NCBI RefSeq assembly: GCF_006345805.1
Contig: NC_043000.1
Coordinates: forward strand, 79,732,001 to 79,796,000
DNA: 64,000 nucleotides
Reading direction: 5' to 3'
DNA from: Octopus sinensis
Lineage: Eukaryota
Shown: piece by piece, positions 10,355 to 23,309 of the stretch
Numbering within the stretch: the stretch's first letter is position 1
How the letters are laid out: every line of letters begins with the position of its first letter
Position numbers and translations under genes: made by a program
The notes under the pieces: generated by a model
Databases searched by the model: none
Seen by the model: only the letters and a program-made list of their open reading frames with translations
Told to the model about the DNA's origin: nothing

Positions 10355-12360
10355 ACTATGCCATTTGGCCGCCACAATGCTACCAGCACTTTTCAGTAGC
10401 TCATAGATGAAGTCATTCGTGGACTGGATTTTGTTTATGCCTATATCAATGATCTGATTGCCAGTTCTTCATTGGAAGAACTTGCTCGTCATTTAAGGTT
10501 ACTTAACCAGCACCATATCCAATATAAGTTGTGAATTAACCTGGTTAAATGTGTTTTTGGCGTATCCTCCCTTGTGTTTCTTGGTCACACCATTGATGGA
10601 GATGGCATTCGACCTCTACCAAAGTTTGAGTTATTAAGGACGTTCCTCCTCCGACTTCTCTTCATCAGTTACGCCACTTCCTTGGCTTACTTAACTTCTA
10701 TTGTCGATTCATTCCTCACTATGCTGGACTCCTGATTCCACTTACCAAGATTCTCATAAACAAATGTAAGAAGAATGAAACCATTTCGCTGACTCCTACT
10801 CAAACCAAAGATTTTGATACTGTAAAACATGAGCTTTCTAGAGCATTTCTCCTTGCACTCCCTGTCTCCGATGCAAAGCTTTCACTTGTGGTTTCTGCGG
10901 CTGACACTGAAATTGGTGCTGTTTTACGGCAAATTCATCAGCATCACTTGCAACCTCTCACCTTTTTATCTCGACAGCTGAAACTGGTTGAAATGTGTTA
11001 GAATACGGGCAGTCACAAATTGTCGGCGATTTACCTTTCTGTGAAGCATTTTCAACACATCCTTGAAGGAAGGAACTTCACTCTATATTCTGACAGCAAA
11101 CCTCTTACCTTTGCCTTGCAGTCTAAGCTGGAAAGGTACTCATCAAGAGAGACTTGACACCTTGACTTTATATCGCAATTCACCAACGATATTCAACACA
11201 TCTCCATTGCACAAAACGCTGCTGCAGATGCATTGTCCTGTCTGCTGATTAATTATTTAGCACTCACTGCGGATATCAACCTCAATGTTTTGTCCTCATA
11301 GCAACCTCCTCTGGACTCAATCAAGTTATCTTCTGGATTTGTGATGTGCAAAATCAAATACTTTCCCGTGTCAACCTCTGACAAACATATCCTGTGTGAC
11401 GTATCAACAGATTCGCCACATCCCCATCGTCCCAGAGACGAGCTGTATTTGAAGCCCTGCATAATCTATCGCATGCTGCAGCCTCAACCTCAGTGAAGCT
11501 CATTATGGCTAGATTCTTCTGGCTGAACATGAGACATGATATCACTGACTGATCTTAATCTTGCCTCCACTGCATAAACACATTCATGAACCCTCGGCAC
11601 CTACAGCACACCAGACTCATGTTTCTGCCACATCCACATTGATCTTGTTGGAACCTGGCCCATCAGTTAAGGATATACTTACATCCTTACTTGTATTGAT
11701 CTTTCATCCTCTGACCTGAAGCCATTCCCCTGGTATTTCTGCTTATACTGTAGCACAAGCCCAGGTATCGGACTGGGTATCACGTTACGGTGTCTCTTAT
11801 CACCATCACTACAGACTGTGGTAGACAGAACTTACCACGATCAGTGGTACCCAACAGATACGTACTACAAGTTACCATCCTGCATCCAACGGAATGATGG
11901 AGCGTTTCCATCGACAGTTGAAAGCCGCCTTTTGTACTTATCTTGATAATTAATGCTGGATCAAGTACCTCCCAATAGTACTCCTTAGCATTCAAGCTTC
12001 ATTCAAAGAAATCATTGGAGCTGAGCTGCTGTATGGTGTTTCATTGTCTTTACCGGGACAGATGCCTGTCCCAGTAGGTCTGTAGACTCAGGATTTTACT
12101 TTGTATGTGAACCACCTTTGTACATATCTTCAAGACATACCGCCAATGAACACTCGGAACCAAACGTGAAACCTGCAGTCCTAAGCGACATGGCCTCGTG
12201 GACACATGTTTTCGTCAGAAACGATGCCGTGAGAAGTCCTCTCACCCAACCTTACTCAGGACCCTATCATATTCTTTCTCATTCTAACAAACATTTCACC
12301 ATTGACTGCAATGGTTCCAAAGACACTGTCTCTGCTGAAGGATTTAAAAGATGTTCATAC
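10355..12360 (+). mobile_element. Gypsy/Ty3 pol remnant (RT, RNase H, integrase), degraded
   Basis: MPFG.HNATSTFQ, YAYIND, FLGLLNFY, IGAVL.Q, IHIDLVG, TTSYHPASNGMMERFHRQLK, PYSGPY in Gypsy domain order with stops and frameshifts. Confidence 0.9.
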
Positions 12361-12393
12361 TCCGGAGCCACCTATACCCCATACACACCCTGC

Positions 12394-12505
12394 TCCACAC
12401 ATATCTCCCTCACCTCCACACACATCTCCCTCATCTCCACACACATCTCCCTCTCCTCCACACACATCTCCCTCTCCTCCACACACATCTCCCTCACCTC
12501 TACCA
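12394..12505. repeat. 21-bp minisatellite, about 5 copies
   Basis: ccacacacatctccctc(a/t)c(c)t repeated with 21-bp period. Confidence 0.9.
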
Positions 12506-12551
12506 ACACGCATCCATTGGCCTAAGAGACTTTGCAAGATTGTATCTCTTA

Positions 12552-13186
12552 CTAGCAGTATCGCCCGGCGTTGCTCGGGTTTGTAAGGGAAATAACTATA
12601 TAAGCATTTTTAGAGTTATAGCCAAAAAATAGCAAAAAATGCATTAAAAATGGAAAAAATATAATGGTAAATTTTTTGAAAAATCGTTGACTCATCGTAG
12701 ACATTTTTAGAGAGTTACTTCCCTTATATAATAGCGAAAAAATGCATTAAAATGGAAAAAAAACGATGGTAAATTTTTTTTTAAATCGTAGACTCATGTA
12801 GACGCTTTCTTAGCCATTTCTGTTTTGGTGTCTTCAAGCCATGAAGTCGTTGTTCTAAAAGAACGCTGGTCTCCTTGACAACGCATTACGATGTTGATTT
12901 CCTTACACTCCCTTCCCCACAGGTGCAGGTGTGAGCGTGGACGCCAACTCCGCCGCCATCGACACACGAAAAATTATGCATTAAAAATGGAATAAAAAAT
13001 GATGTTAAATTATTTTTAAATCGTAGACTCATCGTAGACGCGCGCTAATACTCAGACGGGCTCGATATGAATTACGACTATAAGCTACCCGAATTTGGTT
13101 AAACTGCACCGCAAAATGTGGGAGTAGTTAGGAATCTAAATCGAAGGGGACAGACACTCACACAACTACAGTTTTATATATATAGA
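12552..13186 (-). mobile_element. Non-autonomous Helitron
   Basis: Minus strand 5' TCTATATATATAAAA, 3' hairpin cccgagcaacgccggg then CTAG, A|T target. Confidence 0.88.
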
Positions 13187-13194
13187 TATACATA

Positions 13195-13650
13195 GCGCAG
13201 TAGTGGTGAGATGTGACAGCAAAGAAAAGCATACATTCACTCTCTGCATGCAATTAGACTCGGAAAGTTCGTGAGGAACCCATTGACCCAATTTGCTGAC
13301 TTTTCCGATAGCACACAGGTCTCAATGAATGGTTGAATGACCAAATCCAAGCTCCACTGCTAGTTCCTCAACAGTTACGATGAGATTTTGTTCCACCAGG
13401 GTTTTCAGGATGTCCTTGTCGAGTTCTACAGATCTTTCAGGATGAGGCTCGTCTTCTAGGCTGTTCCAATATAGCTTTGAAAAAAATAGCTGTTAAAATC
13501 GAAATGCACTCTTCAAAACTTGCACTATGAATAAGGACAAGATAAAATTACTACCTGCTTTTATAGCAAGTTAATATAAGTAGTTTATCCCATTCCCCTC
13601 TGACTTTTAGTTCAAGCTGTTGAAAAAACCGCATTATTATATATATATAC
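13195..13650 (-). mobile_element. Mariner transposase 5' remnant
   Basis: Minus strand SLEDEPHP...VEELAVELG...KLGQWVPHELS (WVPHEL motif). Confidence 0.8.
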
Positions 13651-13949
13651 AAACATACATACATACATACATATACACACACACTCTCTCTCACACACAT
13701 GCACACATTTATATTCTGTTATTCTTTTATATGTTTCAGCCTTGAGGTTGTGGCCATGCTGGATCATGTGTGTGTGTGTGTCTATCTGTCTGTCTGTCTG
13801 TATGTATATATGTATATGTATGTGTGTGAACAATAATATTTTCAACAGATGTGTTGCAAATGTATCTGATTGTTCTCAAGCTTCAATACTGTGTGTGTGT
13901 GTATGTGTATGTATGTGTGTATGTATGTATGTGTGTGTGTATGTATGTA

Positions 13950-13984
<35 letters not shown>

Positions 13985-14003
13985 ATGTATGTATGTATGT
14001 ATG

Positions 14004-14843
14004 AGTGTTCCTCAAATCACTATCTCTGGCTATTTACTCTCTTCCAAGAACATTTTCACTCACACTTATGTGTTAGCTTCCCATACATTTTACTCATGTA
14101 TCTATCAGCGTGATAGAGAGAAACAAATATTACATCTAGTTTCACTTTATTCGTTGCCCACTGTGTGTGTGCGTTTGCGTGTGGTGTAAACCAGACTAAG
14201 AAAAGAATTTGACACACACACCAGAATGTGAGTTTTCTGTAAATTTTGATTAATTGGAGTTTAAATTTTAAAAACTGGACCTGGCATGACGCGATGCATT
14301 GTACTCTTAAAATTGCTAGGTAAATTGTAATTGAAGAAATCCTATATTGTAGATTTGTATAACTCCCAAAGGGAGGCAGATAAAATCTGCCTTTTATAAT
14401 AAGAGATTATAAAAGGCAGATTTTATCTGCCTCCCTTTGTCACTTATAGAAATCTACAATATAGGATTTCTTCAATTACAATTTACCTAGCATTTTTAAG
14501 AGTAGAATGCATCGGGTCATGCCAGGTCCAGTTTTTAAAATTTAAACTTCAATTAAGCAAAATTTACAGAAAACTCACATTCTGGTGTGTATGTCAAATG
14601 CTTTTCTTAGTCTGGTTTACAGCACACGCAAACGCACACACACAGTGTGCAACGAATAAACTGAAACTAATTCACTGTGTGTGTGTTGACAGGTAGACAA
14701 TAGAATGAGATGGCGATGTTATATTTGTTTCTGTCTATCACGCTGATAGATACATGAGTAAAATGTATGGCAAGCTAAGAGATAAGAGTGAGTGAAAATG
14801 TTCTTGGAAGAGAGTAAATAGCGACAGTGATTTGAGGAAGACT
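14004..14843. repeat. ~400-bp-arm imperfect palindrome (foldback or head-to-head element ends)
   Basis: Arms 14004-14400 and 14406-14843 around the 5-nt spacer aagag; right arm has a ~45-bp extra segment. Confidence 0.9.
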
Positions 14844-14921
14844 AAACTGAAAGTATGAAACAGTGTTTATGTATAAACAGACGACACTTATATATAGTTA
14901 TTAATAAATGTATGCATCTGT

Positions 14922-15240
14922 TTAACCCTTTCGTTACCAAACCGCCCGAATTTACCTATTCATATTTAAATGAGAATATCAGAGTAAATCTCTTTAGTAC
15001 ATTCGTGAAAACACGTATTATACTTCGTAAACACTTCAACTACAGTTTTGTACAAAAATCGAAGTGTAATTTTAATTCCGTGAATTATGGGAGATTTTTT
15101 TCCGAAATTTGTTCCTATTGTGTTTTCAAAATTTGTAATTCTGACAAAAAATGGATACGAATTTCATTATATCAAGCAGCGAGTCAGAATTCGAAGGATT
15201 TTCTACTGAAGACCTTCATAAATCTAACTCTATGACTGAA
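14922..15240 (+). mobile_element. piggyBac-like 5' end, truncated by a Helitron
   Basis: TTAA|CCCTTT terminus followed by acidic N-terminus MDTNFIISSSESEFEGFSTEDL. Confidence 0.55.
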
Positions 15241-15251
15241 AAAAAAAAGCA

Positions 15252-15647
15252 TCTTTATATAAGAGTGAAGTTGTGTGTCTGTCTCCTACGATTTAGATTC
15301 GTAACTACTCCCACATTTTGCGGTGCAGTTTAACCAAAAGCGAGTATCTTATAGTCGTGATTCATATCGAGCCCTTCTGGGTATTAGCGCGCGTCTACGA
15401 TGAGTCTACGATTTAAAAAAAATTTACCATCATATTTTTCCATTTTAATGCATTTTTTTCGCTTTTATATAAGGGAAGTAACTCTCTAAAGATATCTACG
15501 ATGTGTCAACGATTTAAAAAAAAATTTACCTTAATTTTTTTTCAATTTTTAATGCATTTTTTTGCTATTTTTTGGCTATAACTCTCTAAAAATGCTTATA
15601 TAGTTATTTCCCTTACAAACCCGAGCAACGCCGGGCGATACTGCTAG
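15252..15647 (+). mobile_element. Non-autonomous Helitron
   Basis: 5' TCTTTATATAAG, 3' cccgagcaacgccgggcgatactgCTAG, A|T target; near-identical inverted to 20139-20524. Confidence 0.88.
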
Positions 15648-15934
15648 TATATATATAAACTTGCCCTAAGTGCCTGTCATTTTCTCATTTTCGTATGCTC
15701 GCCTTTTCTTGCATTTGTAATATTGCTTTTCCTGATGTATTCATGTTTTTTTCCTTGTTTGGACATTTGGCTCTGCATTTTTTGTCTTGTGCATTACTAT
15801 TGTTTGTATCGTCTTGTAGTCTGAGCGGGGGTACTGTTGCGAGTGAGAAAATCTATTTTTGTTATCGTGTTGTTGCACAGTTGTGCTATGGAAACTCCAG
15901 CCAATCAGGAAACTCAGCCAAGGAGCAAACAGAG

Positions 15935-16978
15935 ACCAAAACAGTCGTCATACTTCAAACAGCTTACAAGGACTCTACCATGAGCAAAACACAAATTTAC
16001 GAGTGGTTTTCACGCTTTAGGAATGGTCAGTTGTTGCTTGAGGACCAGCCTCATTCAGGGCAACCGTCGACCTCCCGAACGAATAAAAACATCATGGAGG
16101 ACAGTCGCCGAACAATTCACGAACTTGATGATATGACTGGTGTGTCCTGGAGCTCCTACTAATGGATTTTTGAGAGAGGAATTGCATATGAAAAGAGTTA
16201 CGGAAAAATTTGTACATCACTTGCTCACGGAAGATCAAAAGCAGTTACAACTCAATGCGTGTCGTGAACTTAAGGAACAGCTGGAAGTTGATCCAGACCG
16301 TCTTTTGAAGGTCATTACTGGTGACAAATGTTGTTGCTATGGCTATGACCTGGAAATGAAGCTGCAATCAAATCAATAGAAGCATTCACTGTCACCAAGC
16401 CCCAAAAAAGCGCGTCAAGAGAAGTTTAATGTTAAGACGATGTTGGTTTGTTTCATCAATGTGGAAGGAATTGTTTACACAGAATTTGTTCCTCCTGGTC
16501 AAACTGTTAACCAGACATTTTATTTGGCAGTTCTGAAGCGTTTGCAAGATGCGATGAGACGAAAATGCCACGACCTGTGGCAAAATGAAGAGTGTTGGTT
16601 TCATCACAACAATACATCTGCACACAGCGCTTTGAATATGAGACAATTTTTGGTCAAAAATGACCCCGCTTACCCACTCTCCCTATTCACCCGACCTTGC
16701 TCCCTGTGCTCTTTTTTTTTTGTTCCCCTGAATAAAAAACAGTCCTTAAAGGAAAATGTTTTGCAGATGTGGAAGAGGTGAGGAAAAAATTACGGAAGCG
16801 TTAAAAGGCATCACTTCACAAGAGTTCCAAGACGACTTCGAACTGTGGAAAATACATCTGGACCAATGCATTGCTTGAAATGGAGAATACTTTGAAGGTG
16901 ATAAAAGTATAAGTATACAAAACTAAGTGAATAACATAATATTGCAAAATTCCGGTTTCTTTTGGGTACCCTCTTGTA
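15935..16978 (+). mobile_element. Mariner transposon remnant with 3' TIR
   Basis: IYEWFSRFRNG..LEDQPHSGQPST, VITGD, WFHHNNTSAH, YSPDLAP-like ctattcacccgaccttgctccc; 3' end ...ccctcttg|TA. Confidence 0.88.
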
Positions 16979-16981
16979 TAT

Positions 16982-19900
16982 TGTTGTATCCTCCGTCTCC
17001 AGTGTCGTGGTACCTCCACGATATTGTGGTGGATAGTTTAGATACACTGTACCAGTGTAGTAACAGTAAACAAGATAATGATGCAGCCGCAATAACAACA
17101 TAACGTTCCAACAATCTCTTCATGAAGCAACTATCAATATTCCAAATGAACTAACCACTCCACTCGAACTAACACACAAACTTCACTCTAACCGCTACTA
17201 TTTACAATTGCTCGGTCCAGTCGATTTCTCTTAAGGGGGCGTCGTGATTCTCATCACAACATCTCTACTTTTGAGATTTCAACTTCCGTAAAAAGTGAAA
17301 CTTATTTTATTTTATATTTTTCCAGCATCTCTCCCCTTTTTTTACTTTTAATATATTTTTCATTTTGGCATTATTTCTAAGTGTACAGTTGTTTCCTTTT
17401 TCTACTACTGCTTCTACGAATCTCATCCTCTTTCGATGTTGACACCTCAAACATGTCATAGCAGACTTCCATTGGTATTTCCTTCCGTTTACCAGTATGG
17501 CTCGTCTATAATTGGTTTATATGTCTCTTATGTTCCCAACGTTGTCCTTTTATTACATACATCATGTTTCTTAGTCTTTTAGTTACAGAACCATCCTCGT
17601 AACCTTCTTTACCATTTTCGTAAATTTTAAAATGAACTTTATCTCCTACTTCGAAATGTTTTGTTACCTTTTCTGTATTTCTTTTAAATATATTTTGTCA
17701 TGGCAATAATTTATCGAAGATCGATTTTGATTTTCACGCAAACATTAACTCTGCCGGAGACTTTCCTGAATTGGAATTCGGATTGGGTGTTACTCTATAT
17801 ACCCTCAAGAATTTCGTTAGCACTTCATCATTTCTTAAGTCATTCCTTGCTGTTTTTAACGCTTGTTTGAAAATATTAACGAATCTTTCTACCTGCCCAT
17901 TTGACCTCGGGTGGCAGAGCGAAGTAAAAATATGCTTTATCGCGTGTATTTTGCAGAAAGTTTTGAATTCACAACCCGTAAATTGTGTTCCATTATCTTA
18001 TACCAACGTGTCTGGAACACCTTATCGGGAAAATAATTCATACAGGAAAGTTACTGTCTTTGCGGTTGGTTTTCTGCATACCTCTGGCTACTTTGTATCA
18101 CTATCAACAACGATTAGATAGTATGCACCGTTCACCGGTCCAGCGTAGTCGATATGTACCCTGGACCACGGACAATCTGTTTCAGGCCACGATTGGTATT
18201 TCACCCATAGCGCACAACCTCTATATGATTTTACACAATTTTTAATGTCCCGATCCATTGTCGGCCATTATACATAGCTTTTCATTAAAGCTTTCATTCT
18301 CGACATTTCCAGGTGTCCAGTGTGGAATTCCTGCAATACTCATTTCTGTAGTGCAGTTGGTACTATCACTCTTTACTCATTTCTGTAGTGCAGTTGGTAC
18401 TATCACTCTTTGCGCGTATGTTAAAACATCGTCACATAGTGAAAAATTATTCGAACTTGTATTTTTATTTCACTTATTTTTCAACATTTTTTTCATTCTT
18501 GTAATGTAATTATCCTCTTCGGATTTCATTTTTATATCATGTGCTGTCACTGGCAGTTAGTGAATAACATTACACATAACGATTTTTAATGAATTCTTTC
18601 TTCAATTCCGCTGCTGAGTTCTTTTCACTGGTGGGGCAACCATTTAATTTTTTACAGCACCGACTTATAGGGAGATCCCATAAGTCAAATAACTCCAAAC
18701 AATCGGTACCAAACAGATTGGTTACGTTCTTTACAGTGAAAACTTTCGCCTTGCACGTTTTTCCTCAATATATGACATCATTCCACATTTCGCCTACTAA
18801 GTGCAGTTTATTGCCCATTTACACTATGTGCAGTTTTCGCAGTTTTTCTTCCACATGTCGGTGTTCATGATTGAAATGTCACTACCAGTATCCAATGGTT
18901 ATTTAATATTTACTCCATCAACTTTTACCTGTACAAATTTCCTTATTTGCGAGTCGATTTTACTTTCTGCTGAGAGCACTTAAGAATTTTTTACATTTGA
19001 CCTTCGTACTTTTGTTCTTCTGTAACACTTTTGGTTTTTAAAAGGACGATCTTTTCTGAAATGTAGGCATCCGTAATATGGATTAAGACCCAGTAACCTT
19101 CTTTGGTTATACTTTCTCGGTCGACATATATGAATTTTTGCGAAATGCTTTTCTTGAAGTTTTCTTACGTCGTGTTTCAGGTTCACCATCCTTTGAAACT
19201 CTTCTGCGACAGTCTGCTGGGTTAAATCTGGTTCAAGTTTTGAAAGATCTCTAGCTCGTATTTCTGTATCGGCGTTTGCTGTAGGGCCTTGTACAAAAAT
19301 AAGGCAGTTTAACATCCTCTTTTTTAGTTAAATTCCAACACTCTATTCGCGTGTTAAATAGAAAAATTTTATCACCAAGCATATTTGGCAGTAATTTGAT
19401 TGTTTCCTGAAAACAAATTTCACTAGGCTTTTTGGGCAATATGAAATTACTGTATCGTTCATGCTCAGACGGAGCTAATTTACATAATAATAACCTTACT
19501 TTTCCTTCATCCGACCATGTTTTGCAATCTTCCTTAAAAATCTCCTCGCACCTTCTTTAGTATGCGGCTAAAGTTATACTCGCCTGTGGGGTATAGCTGA
19601 ATTCTGTTATGGAGTTTGATACGCCGTCTAGCGAAAACGAACATGCCGCATTTTCGAAGTTCTTTGCGTATAGCAAATAATAATTGTTGTTGGAGTTGTT
19701 GCTGTACTAGTTGCTTCTACAACCCCCGTTGCTGTTGCAACTGTATTATATAAGCTTTTAGGTCTTCCATCATTTAACAAGTTGTATCACGAACAAACTG
19801 TTAAATAACCTACGTGATCTTCGAAACCTTCATTGCCAGATGTTGTATCCTCCGTCTCCGGTGTTGTGGTACCGCCACAATATTGTGACGGATGGTTTAG

Positions 19901-20107
19901 ATACACTGTACCAGTGTAGTAACAGTAAACAAGATAATGATGCAGCCGTAATAACGACGTAACGATCCAACAGTCTTGTCACGAACCAACAATCAATATT
20001 CCAAACGAACTAACCAACCGACACCTTCCGATTTTCCTACGAACTCCACTCGAACTAATACACCAACTTCACTCCGTCCGCTTCTAATTACAATCACTCG
20101 GTCCAGT
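16982..20107 (-). mobile_element. Gypsy LTR retrotransposon with two LTRs, gag-protease-integrase remnants, RT/RNase H deleted
   Basis: Direct repeats 16982-17261 (TGTTGT...ACAACA) and 19841-20107 (truncated); PBS-like tggcaatgaagg next to 19840; purine tract at 17262-17275; LDTGSD near 18890; WSRVHIDYAGP near 18150. Confidence 0.88.
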
Positions 20108-20138
20108 TAAATAGTTATAAAGAAGTTTTATATCTAAA

Positions 20139-20524
20139 CTAGCAGTATCGCCCGGCGTTGCTCGGGTTTGTAAGGGAAATAACTATATAAGCATTTTTAG
20201 AGAGTTATAGCAAAAAAATGCATTAAAAATGGAATAAAAAATTATGGTAATTTTTTTTTAAATCGTTGACTCATCGTAGACATTTTTAGAGAGTTACTTC
20301 CCTTATATAATAGCGAAAAAATGCATTAAAATAGAAAAAATGATAGTAAATTTTTTTTTAAATCGTAGACTCATCGTAGACGCGTGCTAATACCCAGAAG
20401 GGCTCGATATGAATCACGACTATAAGATAACCGGTTCTGGTTAAACTGCACCGCAAAATGTGGGAGTAGTTAGGAATCTAGATCGTAGGAGACAGACACA
20501 CAACTTCACTTTTATATATAAAGA
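20139..20524 (-). mobile_element. Non-autonomous Helitron
   Basis: Same TC start, 3' hairpin and CTAG as 12552-13186 and 15252-15647. Confidence 0.88.
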
Positions 20525-20525
20525 T

Positions 20526-20994
20526 TTGTGCAACAACTAAAACATTCGGTTGTGCAAATTGTTTGCACAGGAAACCTGCCCTGTGTGGCGGTTTTTGCCG
20601 TTTTTGTGGATCTGTTTCAGCTTTTTTAGCGATTTCTGTTTTGGCGACTTCAAGCCATGAAGTCGTTGTTCTAAAAGAACGCTGGTCTCCTTGACAAAGC
20701 TTTACGACATTGATTTCCCTACCCTGCCTTCCCCACAGCTTCACGAGGAAGGGAAGGAGGGGAGGAGCTACACAGGTGCAGGTGCGAGCATGAACGCCAA
20801 CGCTGCCACCGACACACGAAAAAATTGGAAGAACCCAGACGACAGCTTCAGCCACCACCACCACCACCACCACTACGCCCATGACCATCACCACCACCAT
20901 TGCCACCACCATCACGAAGACCACCACGACCACCACCATCATCACCACGACCACGACCACCACCATCATCACCACCCCCACCACCACGACCACC

Positions 20995-21025
<31 letters not shown>

Positions 21026-21710
21026 CCACCACCACCACCACCACCACCACAAACAAGACGACCACCATGACCACGACCACCATCACCACTAGCAGCACCA
21101 CCGCCACCACCGCTGCCACTACCACTGCCTCCACCACCACCATACTATGCCTCTGCTCTCTCCTTTTGGCTACTAAATCCATTACCATATTTCACAAGTA
21201 CCATCGCCATACAATATTGCCTTCAAAAGTTTGTGTTTGGATAATATTTTTTAAGTAAAAGTTGTGCAACAACTAAAACATTCGGTTGTGCAAATTCTTT
21301 GCACGGGAAACCTTCCCTGTGTGGTGTGTTTCCCGATTATGTAGAATTTGCTTTCGGGCTTTCTTAGCCATTTCTGTTTTTGTGTCTTCAAGCCATGAAG
21401 TCGTTGTTCTAAAAGAACGCTGGTCTCCTTGATAACGCTTTACGACGTTGATTTCTTTACACTCCCATCCCCACAGCTTCACGAGGGAGGGAAGAAGGGG
21501 GAGAAGCAACACAGGTGCAGGTGTGAGCATGGACGCCAACTCCGCCGCCATCGACACACGAAAAAATTGGAAGAACCCCCCAAAATATGCTTTAAAATGG
21601 AAAAAAATTATGGTAAATTATTTTTAAAATCGTAGACTCATCGTAGACGCGTGCTAATACCCAGAAGGGCTCAATATGAATCACGACTATATTCTCAGTT
21701 TTATATATAT
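20526..21710 (-). mobile_element. Helitron-family internal segments duplicated around a (CAC)n-rich tract
   Basis: 20526-20835 and 21261-21578 are direct copies sharing sequence with 12805-12975; CAC/CAT/GAC tract at 20852-21142. Confidence 0.7.
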
Positions 21711-21711
21711 A

Positions 21712-22710
21712 CTAGTATTATGACCCGGCGTTGCCGGGTCATAGTGCTAGTGCATGTATATATGTGTATATATATGTGTTCATCTACACATAAAATACAA
21801 AATACAAAGTTATATCTTGATATCGCTAGTGATAACAATACTCAAAATATATAACAGACTGGAATTGTAGGCCCATCTCTTGCAATTTCGATCAATTGTA
21901 TCTTGTCCTCCCTCTTGTATAGAAGTGTGGCTACAATCCAGCCTACCTTTACTGCTGGGGGGACATTTTAAATTTTTATCTGGGACGTCCTATGTCCCAG
22001 ATATAAAGGTAAAAATAAAATATTTCCACTTTGCAAGGTTCCAGCCAAGTACTCCCTTGCACGCTCCGTTGACTCGAACCTTGCTTCTATTGTGGCAAAT
22101 TTACCGCCTCTGGTTAGATACTTGATATCTTTCATAGTTGCACCAAGACACTTTTCGATGATGCTTTCCTTCAGGTGTTCAAATTTTTTTTTTTCACTAC
22201 ATTGTATACTTTATAGACAATAGTCTTTTCTTTAATTTAATAGACTATTCCATTTCTGCGCATTAATTTTATTTTCAATTTATTCCCATTCATGTGAAAC
22301 CACTTATTCAAGTTCAAGTCATTGATGCAATTTTATACCAATTGCTATTTTTACTTTTGTTATGTTACGATTATTTTATATTTTAGTTTGATTTTAATTA
22401 TTACTTACTACATATAATTCAATTGTTATTATTATCTCTAATTTTTATTGTTAAAGTGAAAGTATCTGACATAAAATAGAGAAATGTTTTTGCTTCACTT
22501 TTAACACATAATACTGAAATAGTGGAGAAGATATGATATTGCGATGGTCTCGCCTTAGGCAAGAAGTTGAACATTTTTTTGCCCATGAAACTACATGGAC
22601 CCTAAGTAAGGTGTGTGTAAAATTTGAATGGAATTGGTTGTGTAGTTCTCAAGTTTTAGGGAAACACACAGACAGACAGACAGACACACATTCTCAGTTT
22701 TATATATATA
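21712..22710 (-). mobile_element. Non-autonomous Helitron, second subfamily, with a captured coding-like segment
   Basis: Palindromic 3' end ctagtattatgacccggcgttgccgggtcatagtgctag, 5' end tatatataaaactgagaat; same end type as 25049-25412. Confidence 0.7.
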
Positions 22711-22743
22711 TATATATATAAATGTGTGCATGTGTGTGTGTAT

Positions 22744-23038
22744 GGAGGCACATGGCCTAGTGATTAGAGCAGTGGACTCGTGGTTGAGGGATTGCGGGTT
22801 CAAATCTCAGACCGGGTGATGTGTGTGTTTATGAGGAAAACACCTAAGCTCCACACGGCTCTGGCCGAAGGTAATAGTGAACTTCTGCTGACTCTTTTGC
22901 CACAACTTTCTCTCATTCTTTCCTCCTGCATCTTGCAGCTCACCTGCGATGGACCGGTGTCCTGTCCAGTTGGGGAACCTATACACCAAGGAAACTGGGA
23001 AACCGGTCCTATGAGCCATGTGTGGGTGAGAAGGAATA

Positions 23039-23051
<13 letters not shown>
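22744..23051 (+). mobile_element. tRNA-derived SINE related to family C, (CAA)n tail
   Basis: tggcctagtgattagagcagtggac...gggttcaaatctc A/B boxes. Confidence 0.8.
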
Positions 23052-23074
<23 letters not shown>

Positions 23075-23086
23075 ATATATATATAT

Positions 23087-23277
23087 AGGGAGAGTTTACG
23101 AAAAAAAACAAAAGACGAAGACAGGTGGTGTAGTAAACAAACAGATGTATTAGTATAACGCTCAGGAATAGAAAATGTCTTTTACGTTTTGAGCCTACGC
23201 TCTTCTACAGAAAGGGACACAGAAAAAAACAAGGAGAGAAAAATATGTGTGTAGTGGCTAACGATCTATCATGGCGA
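23087..23277 (-). mobile_element. Short Penelope pLTR-like element with hammerhead-like motif, in (TA)n
   Basis: Homologous to 34257-34497; motif at 23177-23215. Confidence 0.6.
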
Positions 23278-23309
23278 TATATATATATATATATATATAC
23301 ATACATATA

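Noticed and set aside
14855-15235. 126-aa ORF
   Set aside because: Spans a junction between unrelated repeats; no recognisable domain
20478-21258. Poly-His, poly-Val and poly-Thr ORFs
   Set aside because: Translations of a (CAC)n-rich tract inside Helitron-derived sequence
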